Source of the DNA: an uncultured Chloroflexia bacterium
GTDB taxonomy: Bacteria > Chloroflexota > Limnocylindria > Limnocylindrales > CSP1-4
Reading direction: 5' to 3'
DNA: 64,000 bases
Assembly: GCA_963813335.1 (NCBI GenBank)
Contig: CAWEYL010000001.1
Span: 686,529 to 750,528 of the forward strand
The position numbers and the translations under genes were made by a program. The notes under the pieces are model-generated. The model saw nothing but the letters and a program-made list of their open reading frames with translations, made no database searches and was not told the DNA's origin. This document shows, piece by piece, positions 20,708 to 28,440 of this stretch. The stretch's first letter is position 1. Every line of letters begins with the position of its first letter.

Positions 20708-23290
20708 TTGTCTCACACGTTCGAGACGCAGATCGGTGGTCGCACGCTGACCATCGAGACCGGCAAGCTCGCGCGCCTCGCCGGCGGCGCCGTCACCGTC
20801 CGCTACGGTGACACCCTGGTGCTCGGCACCGCCAACCGCTCGGATCCCCGCCCGGGCCTCGACTTCTTCCCGCTCACGGTCGAGTTCGAGGAGCGCATGT
20901 ACGCCGCGGGCAAGATCCCGGGCGGCTTCATCAAGCGCGAGGCGCGCGCGTCGGAGGCGGCCACCCTGGCCGCCCGCCTGACCGACCGCCCCATCCGCCC
21001 GCTCTTCCCCGAGGGCTACAAGGACGACATCCAGCTCGTCATCACCGTGCTCTCGACCGACCAGGAGAACGAGCCCGACGTGCTCGGCACGACGGCCGCC
21101 TCGGCCGCGCTGAGCATCAGCGAGATCCCGTTCGCGGGACCTGTCGGCGCCGTCCGCGTCGGCCGCATCAACGGCGAGTTCGTGGTCAACCCCACCTACA
21201 GCGAGCTCGCCGAGTCGGAGCTGGACCTGATCGTCTCCGGTACCCGCGACGCGATCATGATGGTCGAGGCGGGCGCCAAGCTCCTGCCCGAGGACGTGAT
21301 GGCCGAGGCCATCCTGTTCGGCCATCGCGCGCTGCAGCCGCTCATCGATATCCAGGAAGAGCTCCGCGCGGCCGTCGGCAAGGCGAAGAGCACCCCGTAC
21401 CTCGAGCCGGGCACCGGCTCGGTGCTCGACTACACGAAGGCCGTCGCCGCGGGCGATACGTTCGTCGTGGTCGACGTCGAGACCACCGGCACGGACCCGA
21501 AGATGGCCGACCTCGTCGAGATCGCCGCGGTGAAGGTCCAGGGCGGCAAGATCGTCGACCGCTGGTCGACGCTCGTGAACCCGGGCCGGCCGATCCTCGG
21601 CCACCAGATGCACGGCATCACCGACGCGGACGTCAAGAAGGCCCCCAAGCCGGCCGACGCCGCGAAGGACGCCCTCAAGTTCATCGGCGACTCGCTGGTC
21701 GTGGGGCACTCGGTCGGGTTCGACCTCGGCTTCATCGAGGCCGCGCTCGGCGACGGGACGCACTTCGAGCAGGGCCGCTACCTCGACACCCTGGTCCTCG
21801 CCCGCGAGGGCTACCCGGACCTCGAGAACTACAAGCTCGGGACGCTGTCGAACTTCTTCGGTATCGAGCTCGCCCAGTCGCACCGGGCCGGCCCCGACGC
21901 CGAGGCGACCGCCAACCTGCTGATCTGGTTCGGGAACGACCTGCCGGGCCGCATCGCGGCCCTCAAGGCGGGGATCGCGGATTCGGTCCGGGCCAACCGG
22001 ACCGGCGGCGACCCGAAGGCGATCCTCGAGGCCGCCCGCCGCGAGGCCCGCGTCTCGAAGGGCCTCTACAACCTGCTCTTCAAGAAGACCTGCCGCGAGC
22101 TGGCCCTCGACGAGGGCATCCGGATGGACGGCCGCGGCCTGACGGAGCTCCGCCAGATCTCGGTCGAGGTGGGCCTCCTCCCGCGGGCGCACGGCTCCGG
22201 CCTCTTCACCCGCGGCGAGACCCAGGTCATGACGATCGCGACGCTCGGCGCGTCCTCGGACGTGCAGCGCATCGACACGATCAGCCCCAAGACCGAGAAG
22301 CGCTACATCCACCACTACAACTTCCCGCCCTATTCGACGGGTGAGAACAAGCCGATGCGCGGCCCCAGCCGGCGCGACATCGGGCACGGCAACCTCGCCG
22401 AGCGGGCGCTCGTCCCGGTCCTCCCGGACCACGACGAGTTCCCGTACGTCATCCGCCTCGTGTCGGAGTGCATGTCGTCCAACGGCAGCACCTCGATGGC
22501 CTCGACCTGCGGCTCCACCCTCGCCCTCATGGACGCGGGCGTGCCGATCAAGGCACCGGTCGCCGGTGCGGCGATGGGCCTCATCAGCGAGCCGGACGGC
22601 CGCTTCGTCGTCCTGACCGACATCCTCGGCAAGGAGGACTCGGTGGGTGACATGGACTTCAAGGTGACCGGCACGCGGGACGGCATCACCGCCCTGCAGA
22701 TGGACATCAAGGTCCAGGGCATCAACGAGGCGATCATCCGCAACGGCCTCAAGCAGGCCCTCGCGGCGCGCCTCGAGATCCTCGACAAGATGACCTCGGT
22801 CATGCCCGAGGCCCGTGTGGAGATGAGCGACTTCGCGCCGCGCATCATCACCATCAAGATCAACCCGGAGAAGATCCGCGAGATCATCGGCAAGGGCGGA
22901 TCGATGATCCGCAAGATCCAGGAAGAGACCCAGACCGAGATCAACGTCGAGGACGACGGCACCGTGGAGATCGCGGCCGTCTCCGGCGAGAACTCGCGCA
23001 AGGCGATCGACTGGATCAACAGCCTGACCCGTGAGGTCGAGGTGGGCGCGCTCTACATGGGCAAGGTCACCCGCATCATGGGCTTCGGCGCCTTCGTCGA
23101 GATCATGCCCGGCAAGGAAGGCCTGGTCCGCATCGGCGAGCTCGCCGACTACCACGTTCCCACCGTCGAGGACGTCGTGTCCGTCGGCGACGAGATCATG
23201 GTCGTCGTGATGGAGATCGACCGCCAGGGCCGCGTCAACCTCTCCCGCCGCGCCGCGATGCAGCGCCACCTGGCGAAGGATCCCGCCTAG
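20708..23290 (+). CDS. pnp: polyribonucleotide nucleotidyltransferase (PNPase) carrying an inserted DEDDh exonuclease domain
   Basis: RNase PH core 1 (FFPLTVEFEERMYAAGKIPGGFIKREARAS), core 2 (RMDGRGLTELRQISVEVGLLPRAHGSGLFTRGETQ...SNGSTSMASTCGSTLALMDAGVP...DMDFKVTGT), KH (GKGGSMIRKIQEE) and S1 (GKVTRIMGFGAFVEI). TTG 20708 lies 10 nt after AAGGAGG; ORF-track start is 20612. Confidence 0.93.
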   Translation: MSHTFETQIGGRTLTIETGKLARLAGGAVTVRYGDTLVLGTANRSDPRPGLDFFPLTVEFEERMYAAGKIPGGFIKREARASEAATLAARLTDRPIRPLFPEGYKDDIQLVITVLSTDQENEPDVLGTTAASAALSISEIPFAGPVGAVRVGRINGEFVVNPTYSELAESELDLIVSGTRDAIMMVEAGAKLLPEDVMAEAILFGHRALQPLIDIQEELRAAVGKAKSTPYLEPGTGSVLDYTKAVAAGDTFVVVDVETTGTDPKMADLVEIAAVKVQGGKIVDRWSTLVNPGRPILGHQMHGITDADVKKAPKPADAAKDALKFIGDSLVVGHSVGFDLGFIEAALGDGTHFEQGRYLDTLVLAREGYPDLENYKLGTLSNFFGIELAQSHRAGPDAEATANLLIWFGNDLPGRIAALKAGIADSVRANRTGGDPKAILEAARREARVSKGLYNLLFKKTCRELALDEGIRMDGRGLTELRQISVEVGLLPRAHGSGLFTRGETQVMTIATLGASSDVQRIDTISPKTEKRYIHHYNFPPYSTGENKPMRGPSRRDIGHGNLAERALVPVLPDHDEFPYVIRLVSECMSSNGSTSMASTCGSTLALMDAGVPIKAPVAGAAMGLISEPDGRFVVLTDILGKEDSVGDMDFKVTGTRDGITALQMDIKVQGINEAIIRNGLKQALAARLEILDKMTSVMPEARVEMSDFAPRIITIKINPEKIREIIGKGGSMIRKIQEETQTEINVEDDGTVEIAAVSGENSRKAIDWINSLTREVEVGALYMGKVTRIMGFGAFVEIMPGKEGLVRIGELADYHVPTVEDVVSVGDEIMVVVMEIDRQGRVNLSRRAAMQRHLAKDPA
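21455..21949 (+). other. DEDDh (DnaQ/RNase T-like) 3'-5' exonuclease domain inserted in the PNPase alpha-helical linker
   Basis: ExoI FVVVDVETTG, NPGRPI..HQMHGITDADV, ExoII LVVGHSVGFDLGFI and ExoIII SHRAGPDAEATANL. In frame, with host-like GC3 codon usage and no intein-type junction residues. Confidence 0.85.
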
Positions 23291-23318
23291 CCAGCAGGGC
23301 TCGGCTCCGGATCGCATC

Positions 23319-23344
23319 GAAGGGCCGTCCACGGACGGCCCTTC
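23319..23344 (+). terminator. GC-rich hairpin after pnp (11-bp perfect stem)
   Basis: GAAGGGCCGTC / loop CACG / GACGGCCCTTC, 29 nt after the pnp stop. No T-tract, as is common in high-GC genomes. Confidence 0.55.
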
Positions 23345-23406
23345 ACCATGTCCGGACACGATCGACCCCCGGGTCGAGGCCCTGACGCGCGCGCTATCCT
23401 CCGCTG

Positions 23407-26361
23407 GTGCTCCCCCGGCTCCGGGCGGACCATCCGCGGGGTGACCGAGTGACCGAGCGATCACGCGGGATCGTGAGTTCGCGTCTCAGTCCGGTCATGG
23501 TCGGGCGAGACGCATTCGTCGACCAGGCCGAGCACCTCCTCGGGAGTGTCCTCGCCGGTGACGGCCGCTTCCTGCTCCTCGCGGGCGAGGCTGGCATCGG
23601 CAAGACACGCCTGGTCGATGCGATCGAGCGGCAGGCTGCCGCGATGGGCTTCCGCCACATCCGCGGCCAGTCGTTCCTGGAGGATCGGGAGGTACCGGGG
23701 GCGCCGTTCCTCGACCTGGCCGGTGCGATGTCCCGCGACGCGGGATTCGCCGGCACGGGCGCTGACCTGGCGGCCCACCTCCGGCTGATCGAGGCGGACG
23801 AGGACCTCACCGGCCCGCGTCGTCGTCGTCAGCTCGTCCTCGACGTCGTCGACGTGCTCGTGTCGGTCGCACCGCCGCCTACCGTGATCGCCATCGAGAA
23901 CCTGACGGACGCCGATGAGCTGAGTCTTGAGATCCTCGCCCGCCTCGCGCGGCAACTCCCCGGTCGCCCGCTCCTGGTCGTCGGCACCTATCGAAGCGAC
24001 GAACTCTATCCGCGCGTCCCGCTGCGCGATTGGCGGGCGAGGCTCCTCACTGGTCGTCTCGTCGAGGAGATCCAACTCGGGCGGCTGTCGCGCGCGGAGA
24101 CCGCCCAGATGACCAGCGTGATCCTCGACCAGGCTGCGGCCCCCTCGAGCGACATGCTCGACGCGGTGTACGAGCGGACCGACGGCATCCCGTTACACGT
24201 GGAGGAGTTGCTCGGGGTCATCCTCGAACAGCATCGTGCCGACCACGATGCCGTCCTGGCCGCAGACGTCCCGGACACGCTCGACGAGGTCGCACGACAG
24301 CGCATCGACGCCCTGTCGGTCGACGCCCAGCGCCTCGTCCGGGCCGCGTCCGTCATCGGGCACGACTTCGACCTCGATCTCCTGGCCGCGCTGGTACGGT
24401 CGACGGTCGACGAGGTCTGGCCAGCCGTCGCCGAGCTGCTCGACCAATTCATCCTCATCTCGGCCGGCGCGCAGGACCGCTATGGGTTCCGCCACGCATT
24501 GATCCGGGACGCCATCTACCAGGAGGTTCCCGTCCCGGACAAGGTGCGGCTCCATCGCCTCGTCGCAGAGCTGCTCGACGAACGAGGCGATGCGTCCGAT
24601 GCCTTCCTGTCACATCACTACGAACAGGCTGGCGTGCGCGAGGAGGCATTCCACGCCGCCATGCGCGGAGCCAGGGCCGCCGCGGCGATCTCGTCCCACC
24701 GTGCGGCGTTCGCGCTCTATCAACGTGCCCGTCGTCAGCTGCCGAATGACCTGCCGCTGCCAGAACAGGCGGCGATCCACGCCGCCCTCGCCGCCGAGGC
24801 GGCGGCGAGCGATGACAACGCGGTGTCGTCGGAGGCCTATGCCGCGGCGCGCGAGCGATACGTCGACGCGGGCGCGATCCTCGAAGCGGCGAGCTTGATC
24901 AGCCCGATGGTCGCGGTCCGACACCTCCTCGGCGACAGCCTCGATGTTCGGCTCGAGATGCTCCGCCAGGCGATCGCCGACGTGGAAGAGCTGCCGTCCG
25001 ACGTCGAGACGACGCGCGTCCGGGGGCGTCTGCTCGCCAGTCTGGCCAACACCCACATGTACGACCTCCGCGTCGTGGAGGCTCGGCGGTACGCGGAGGA
25101 AGCTCGGGCGCTTGCGGATGGGGCCGCTGACGCCGCGACCGGCCTCGATGCGCGAATCACCATCGCGAATGCGCTGTTGTTCGAAGGGCGGGTCGGCGAA
25201 GGAACGGAGTTGGGATGGTCCACCATCCGTGACGCTCGTTCGGCCCAGCTCGAGGTCGAGGCCTCGCGCTGCTATCGGATGCTTGGCTCGTCATCCTCGG
25301 AGGTCGTCGAATACGAGCGCGGCGAGCGGCTCTTCCGTGAGGGGATCGAATACGCGGAACGAGTCGAGCGCTGGAACGACCGCCACTACATGGCTGCCCA
25401 CCTCGGACTCATCCTGTGGGCGACCGGTCGCTGGCGCGAGGGCTGGGACCTCGCCGAGCGGGCCCTCGTCGATGGACGGCCGGGCATCACCACGCGGATC
25501 ACGGCGTCGTATGTCCTCGGGTACATCGCCATGGGGCGGGGCGACTGGGAGCGGGCCAGGCAGCTGCTGCAGGGATCGCTGGAACTCGGCGAGCCGATGG
25601 GCGAGATCCTGCGGACCTCGCTGGCACGCTGGGGTCTCGCAGAGACCGCGCTGCTGACCGGCGATGCACGAGCGGCCCTCGAGCTCGCACGACGAGGCCG
25701 CGCGGCGTCAGAGGCCGTCGGGGATGCCGCGCTCCTGTTTCCGTTCCTCGTGACCGGGACACGGGCTCACCTTGCCGTCGCGGATCCGGCCGGTGCCGAA
25801 CGATGGGTCGATGAGCTTGAGAGCGAACTCCGTCGGACAGCCATCTCGGGCACGCTCCCGGCGATCGACCATGCCCGAGGGCTGGTCCTGGCGGCGGCGG
25901 GCGCGACGACCCTGGCGCGAGAGGCGCTCGAGGTCGCGGTTCGCGGATGGGACACGGCAGGTCGCGTCTGGGAGGGGACCTGGGTCAAGCTCGACCTCGC
26001 GTCCGTCCTGTTCCGGATCAACCGGGTCGCCGCCGCGGTCGCATTGGTGGAGGATGTCCGCTCCATCGGTGACCGCCTGGGCAGCCGCCCGCTGGTCGAG
26101 CGGGCGTCGGAGTTGCTGCGCGCGACCCGAGCGCGCCGGGGCGCCGAGGAGCCGTGGCGTCCCCTGACGGCTCGGGAGTTCGAGGTCGCCAAGCTGATCG
26201 TCGCGGGGCGGACGAACGCCGAGATCGCCGTCGAGCTGGACATCTCCCCGAGAACGGCGAGCTCCCACGTCGAGCACATCCTCACCAAGCTCGGCGTCGC
26301 GCGCCGTACCGAGATCGCGGTCTGGGCGTCGGCCGTGTTGCGGCAGGACGGAGGACCGTGA
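23407..26361 (+). CDS. large ATP-binding LuxR-family regulator (LAL)
   Basis: Walker [15 protein letters not shown], Walker B-like VIAIENLTDADE, a helical repeat region, and C-terminal LTAREFEVAKLIVAGRTNAEIAVELDISPRTASSHVEHILTKLG. The start is uncertain (GTG 23407, GTG 23449 or ATG ~23497). Confidence 0.88.
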   Translation: MLPRLRADHPRGDRVTERSRGIVSSRLSPVMVGRDAFVDQAEHLLGSVLAGDGRFLLLAGEAGIGKTRLVDAIERQAAAMGFRHIRGQSFLEDREVPGAPFLDLAGAMSRDAGFAGTGADLAAHLRLIEADEDLTGPRRRRQLVLDVVDVLVSVAPPPTVIAIENLTDADELSLEILARLARQLPGRPLLVVGTYRSDELYPRVPLRDWRARLLTGRLVEEIQLGRLSRAETAQMTSVILDQAAAPSSDMLDAVYERTDGIPLHVEELLGVILEQHRADHDAVLAADVPDTLDEVARQRIDALSVDAQRLVRAASVIGHDFDLDLLAALVRSTVDEVWPAVAELLDQFILISAGAQDRYGFRHALIRDAIYQEVPVPDKVRLHRLVAELLDERGDASDAFLSHHYEQAGVREEAFHAAMRGARAAAAISSHRAAFALYQRARRQLPNDLPLPEQAAIHAALAAEAAASDDNAVSSEAYAAARERYVDAGAILEAASLISPMVAVRHLLGDSLDVRLEMLRQAIADVEELPSDVETTRVRGRLLASLANTHMYDLRVVEARRYAEEARALADGAADAATGLDARITIANALLFEGRVGEGTELGWSTIRDARSAQLEVEASRCYRMLGSSSSEVVEYERGERLFREGIEYAERVERWNDRHYMAAHLGLILWATGRWREGWDLAERALVDGRPGITTRITASYVLGYIAMGRGDWERARQLLQGSLELGEPMGEILRTSLARWGLAETALLTGDARAALELARRGRAASEAVGDAALLFPFLVTGTRAHLAVADPAGAERWVDELESELRRTAISGTLPAIDHARGLVLAAAGATTLAREALEVAVRGWDTAGRVWEGTWVKLDLASVLFRINRVAAAVALVEDVRSIGDRLGSRPLVERASELLRATRARRGAEEPWRPLTAREFEVAKLIVAGRTNAEIAVELDISPRTASSHVEHILTKLGVARRTEIAVWASAVLRQDGGP

Positions 26362-26525
26362 GCCGGCCCACGGTCTTCGGTGCGGGGCAGGGGACGACGC
26401 GCCTTGGCGTTCGTGGTGACCGCTTGCACCGGTACGTCGACGCGCTTGCATGACCGGGCCGGCCGGAAAAGGCCCGCTGGTATACTTCCCCCGTGCCCTG
26501 ACCGAATGACCGTCCCTGCGGAGCC

Positions 26526-27635
26526 ATGTCCTCGATGAACCCGAACGCCCTCACCGTCGCCGTCGTCGGCGCCACCGGCGTCGTCGGCCGGACGATGATC
26601 ACCGTCCTCGGCGAGCGCGAGTTTCCCGTCGGGGAGCTGCGCCTCCTCGCGTCGGGCCGCTCGGCCGGACGCACCGTGTCGGTCGACGGCCGGACCATCG
26701 AGATCGGCGAGGCCGTGCCCGACGCCTTCGACGGCGTCGACATCGCGCTCTTCTCGGCCGGCGCCGACGTCTCGCGCGAGCTCGCGCCGGCCGCCGCCGC
26801 ACGAGGCGCCACCGTCATCGACAACTCGTCGGCATGGCGCATGGACCCATCGATCCCGCTGGTCGTCTCGCAGGTGAACCCCGACGACCTCGAGGGGCAC
26901 CAGGGCATCATCGCCAACCCCAACTGCTCGACGATGCAGCTCGCGCCGGTGCTCATGGCCCTGCGCGACAGCGTCGGGCTGGAGCGGGTCGTCGTCGACA
27001 CCTACCAGTCGGTCTCCGGCACCGGCGCGGAGGCCATCGCCGAGCTGGAATCCCAGATCCGCGCCCATGTGACCGGGGAGCCGCTCCGGGCCGAGGTCTA
27101 CCCGCACCCGATCGCCTTCAACGCGCTGCCCGAGATCGACGTCTTCCTCCCCAACGGCTACACGAAGGAGGAGTGGAAGGTCGTCAGCGAGGACCGCAAG
27201 ATCCTGGGACTGCCGGACCTGCGGATCTCGTGCACGGCGGTGCGCATCCCCGTATTCGTGAGCCACTCCGAGGCGGTCCACGTCGAGACGCGCGACCCGA
27301 TCTCCCCGGAGCGCGCCCGCGCGCTGTTCGCCGCCGTCCCGGGCGTGGTGGTCCAGGACGAGCCGGCCACCCACGACTACCCGCTCGCGACGGGCGCCGC
27401 GGGGCGCGACGAGATCTTCGTCGGGCGCGTCCGCCGCGACCCCTCGATCCCGCACGACCGCGGGCTCGCGCTGTGGATCGTCTCCGACAACCTGCGCAAG
27501 GGCGCGGCCACGAACGCGGTCGAGATCGCCGAGATCCTGGTCGCGCGGCACTGGGTCGAGCACGCGTCGGCACGAGGCGCCCGTCCGTACCGGGCGCTCG
27601 AGCCGGTGGGGGTCTCCGGGGGGAGCGGAGGGTGA
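26526..27635 (+). CDS. asd: aspartate-semialdehyde dehydrogenase
   Basis: VAVVGATGVVGRTM, the active-site NPNCSTMQL and SGTGAEAI motifs, and SDNLRKGAATNAVEIAE. Confidence 0.93.
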   Translation: MSSMNPNALTVAVVGATGVVGRTMITVLGEREFPVGELRLLASGRSAGRTVSVDGRTIEIGEAVPDAFDGVDIALFSAGADVSRELAPAAAARGATVIDNSSAWRMDPSIPLVVSQVNPDDLEGHQGIIANPNCSTMQLAPVLMALRDSVGLERVVVDTYQSVSGTGAEAIAELESQIRAHVTGEPLRAEVYPHPIAFNALPEIDVFLPNGYTKEEWKVVSEDRKILGLPDLRISCTAVRIPVFVSHSEAVHVETRDPISPERARALFAAVPGVVVQDEPATHDYPLATGAAGRDEIFVGRVRRDPSIPHDRGLALWIVSDNLRKGAATNAVEIAEILVARHWVEHASARGARPYRALEPVGVSGGSGG

Positions 27636-28373
27636 CCGACGCCGAGCGCCAGGCGGCGCTCGAGGCCATCGCGGCCGAGGTCCGCGACTGCACGCGCTGC
27701 CGGCTCCATGTCGGCCGGACGCGGTCCGTGCCAGGGGAGGGGAACCCCTCCACGGAGGTCGTGTTCGTCGGCGAGGGCCCGGGCTTCAACGAGGACCGCC
27801 AGGGCCGGCCCTTCGTCGGGCGGGCCGGCGACCTGCTGGTCAAGCTCCTCGGCTCGATCGGCTGGCGTCGCGAGGACGTCTTCATCACCAACATCGTCAA
27901 GTGCCGCCCGCCCGACAACCGCGACCCGGAGCCCGACGAGATCGCGGCCTGCGCGCCGTACCTGGTCCGCCAGCTGGAGATCCTCGATCCGGCGATGGTC
28001 GTGACCCTGGGCCGCCACTCGATGGGCCGGTTCATGCCCGGCGCGCGCATCTCGCAGGCGCACGGGACGGTCCGACCGGCCGATCCCGGGACCGGCGCCC
28101 GGGACGCGCTGGTCGTTGCGATGTACCACCCGGCGGCGGCGCTCCGGACCCCGGCCATCGAGCGCGACGAGCTACGCCGACGCCGCCACGATCCCGGCCG
28201 TCCTGCTGGACGCGCGGGCGCGCAGGGCGGACCATGCGAGAAACGCCCGTCAGGAGCCCATCACCGAGCCGGTGCCGACCGGCCCGCTCGACGAGACGAC
28301 CACGGTCGTCGCCCCGCCGCCGCCCGATCCCGCGACCGCGACCGCCGACGCCGACCAGTTGACCTTGTTCTAA
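27632..28373 (+). CDS. family 4 uracil-DNA glycosylase, frame interrupted (+1 change needed at about 28160-28175); C-terminal tail ends QLTLF
   Basis: CTRCRLH...VPGEGNP..EVVFVGEGPGFNEDRQGRPFVGRAGDLL...ITNIVKCRPP.NRDP...C..YL...HPAAALR are family-4 UDG motifs in the 27632 frame. The plausible C-terminus YADAATIPAVLLDAR...DQLTLF* is in the frame of ORF 28116..28373. The original frame runs on as Arg-rich out-of-frame translation into rnj. Confidence 0.85.
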
Positions 28374-28440
28374 CCCGCTACAGGAACCGAATGCCACCAC
28401 CACCGACGAGAATCCGCTCCGCATCATCCCGCTCGGCGGG

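Noticed and set aside
21455-21949. The PNPase insert as an intein, IS element or other mobile insertion.
   Set aside because: It has no intein splicing blocks and no Cys/Ser/Thr junction residues. It has no terminal repeats or transposase. Codon usage is host-like and the host frame is continuous. A domain fusion is the better reading.
20258-23464. 1068-aa ORF on the minus strand.
   Set aside because: It is antisense to rpsO and pnp and shows the same high-GC artefact composition. The plus-strand genes are unambiguous.
17235-26361. The LAL regulators as antiviral STAND (Avs-like) NTPases.
   Set aside because: Both end in canonical LuxR HTH domains and lack any N-terminal effector (nuclease, protease, TIR or similar). 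This is the classic transcription-regulator architecture.
26362-26525. TTGCAT ... TATACT hexamers upstream of asd as a promoter.
   Set aside because: The spacer between the hexamers is about 29 nt, too long for a sigma70-type promoter. The real asd promoter was not identified with confidence.
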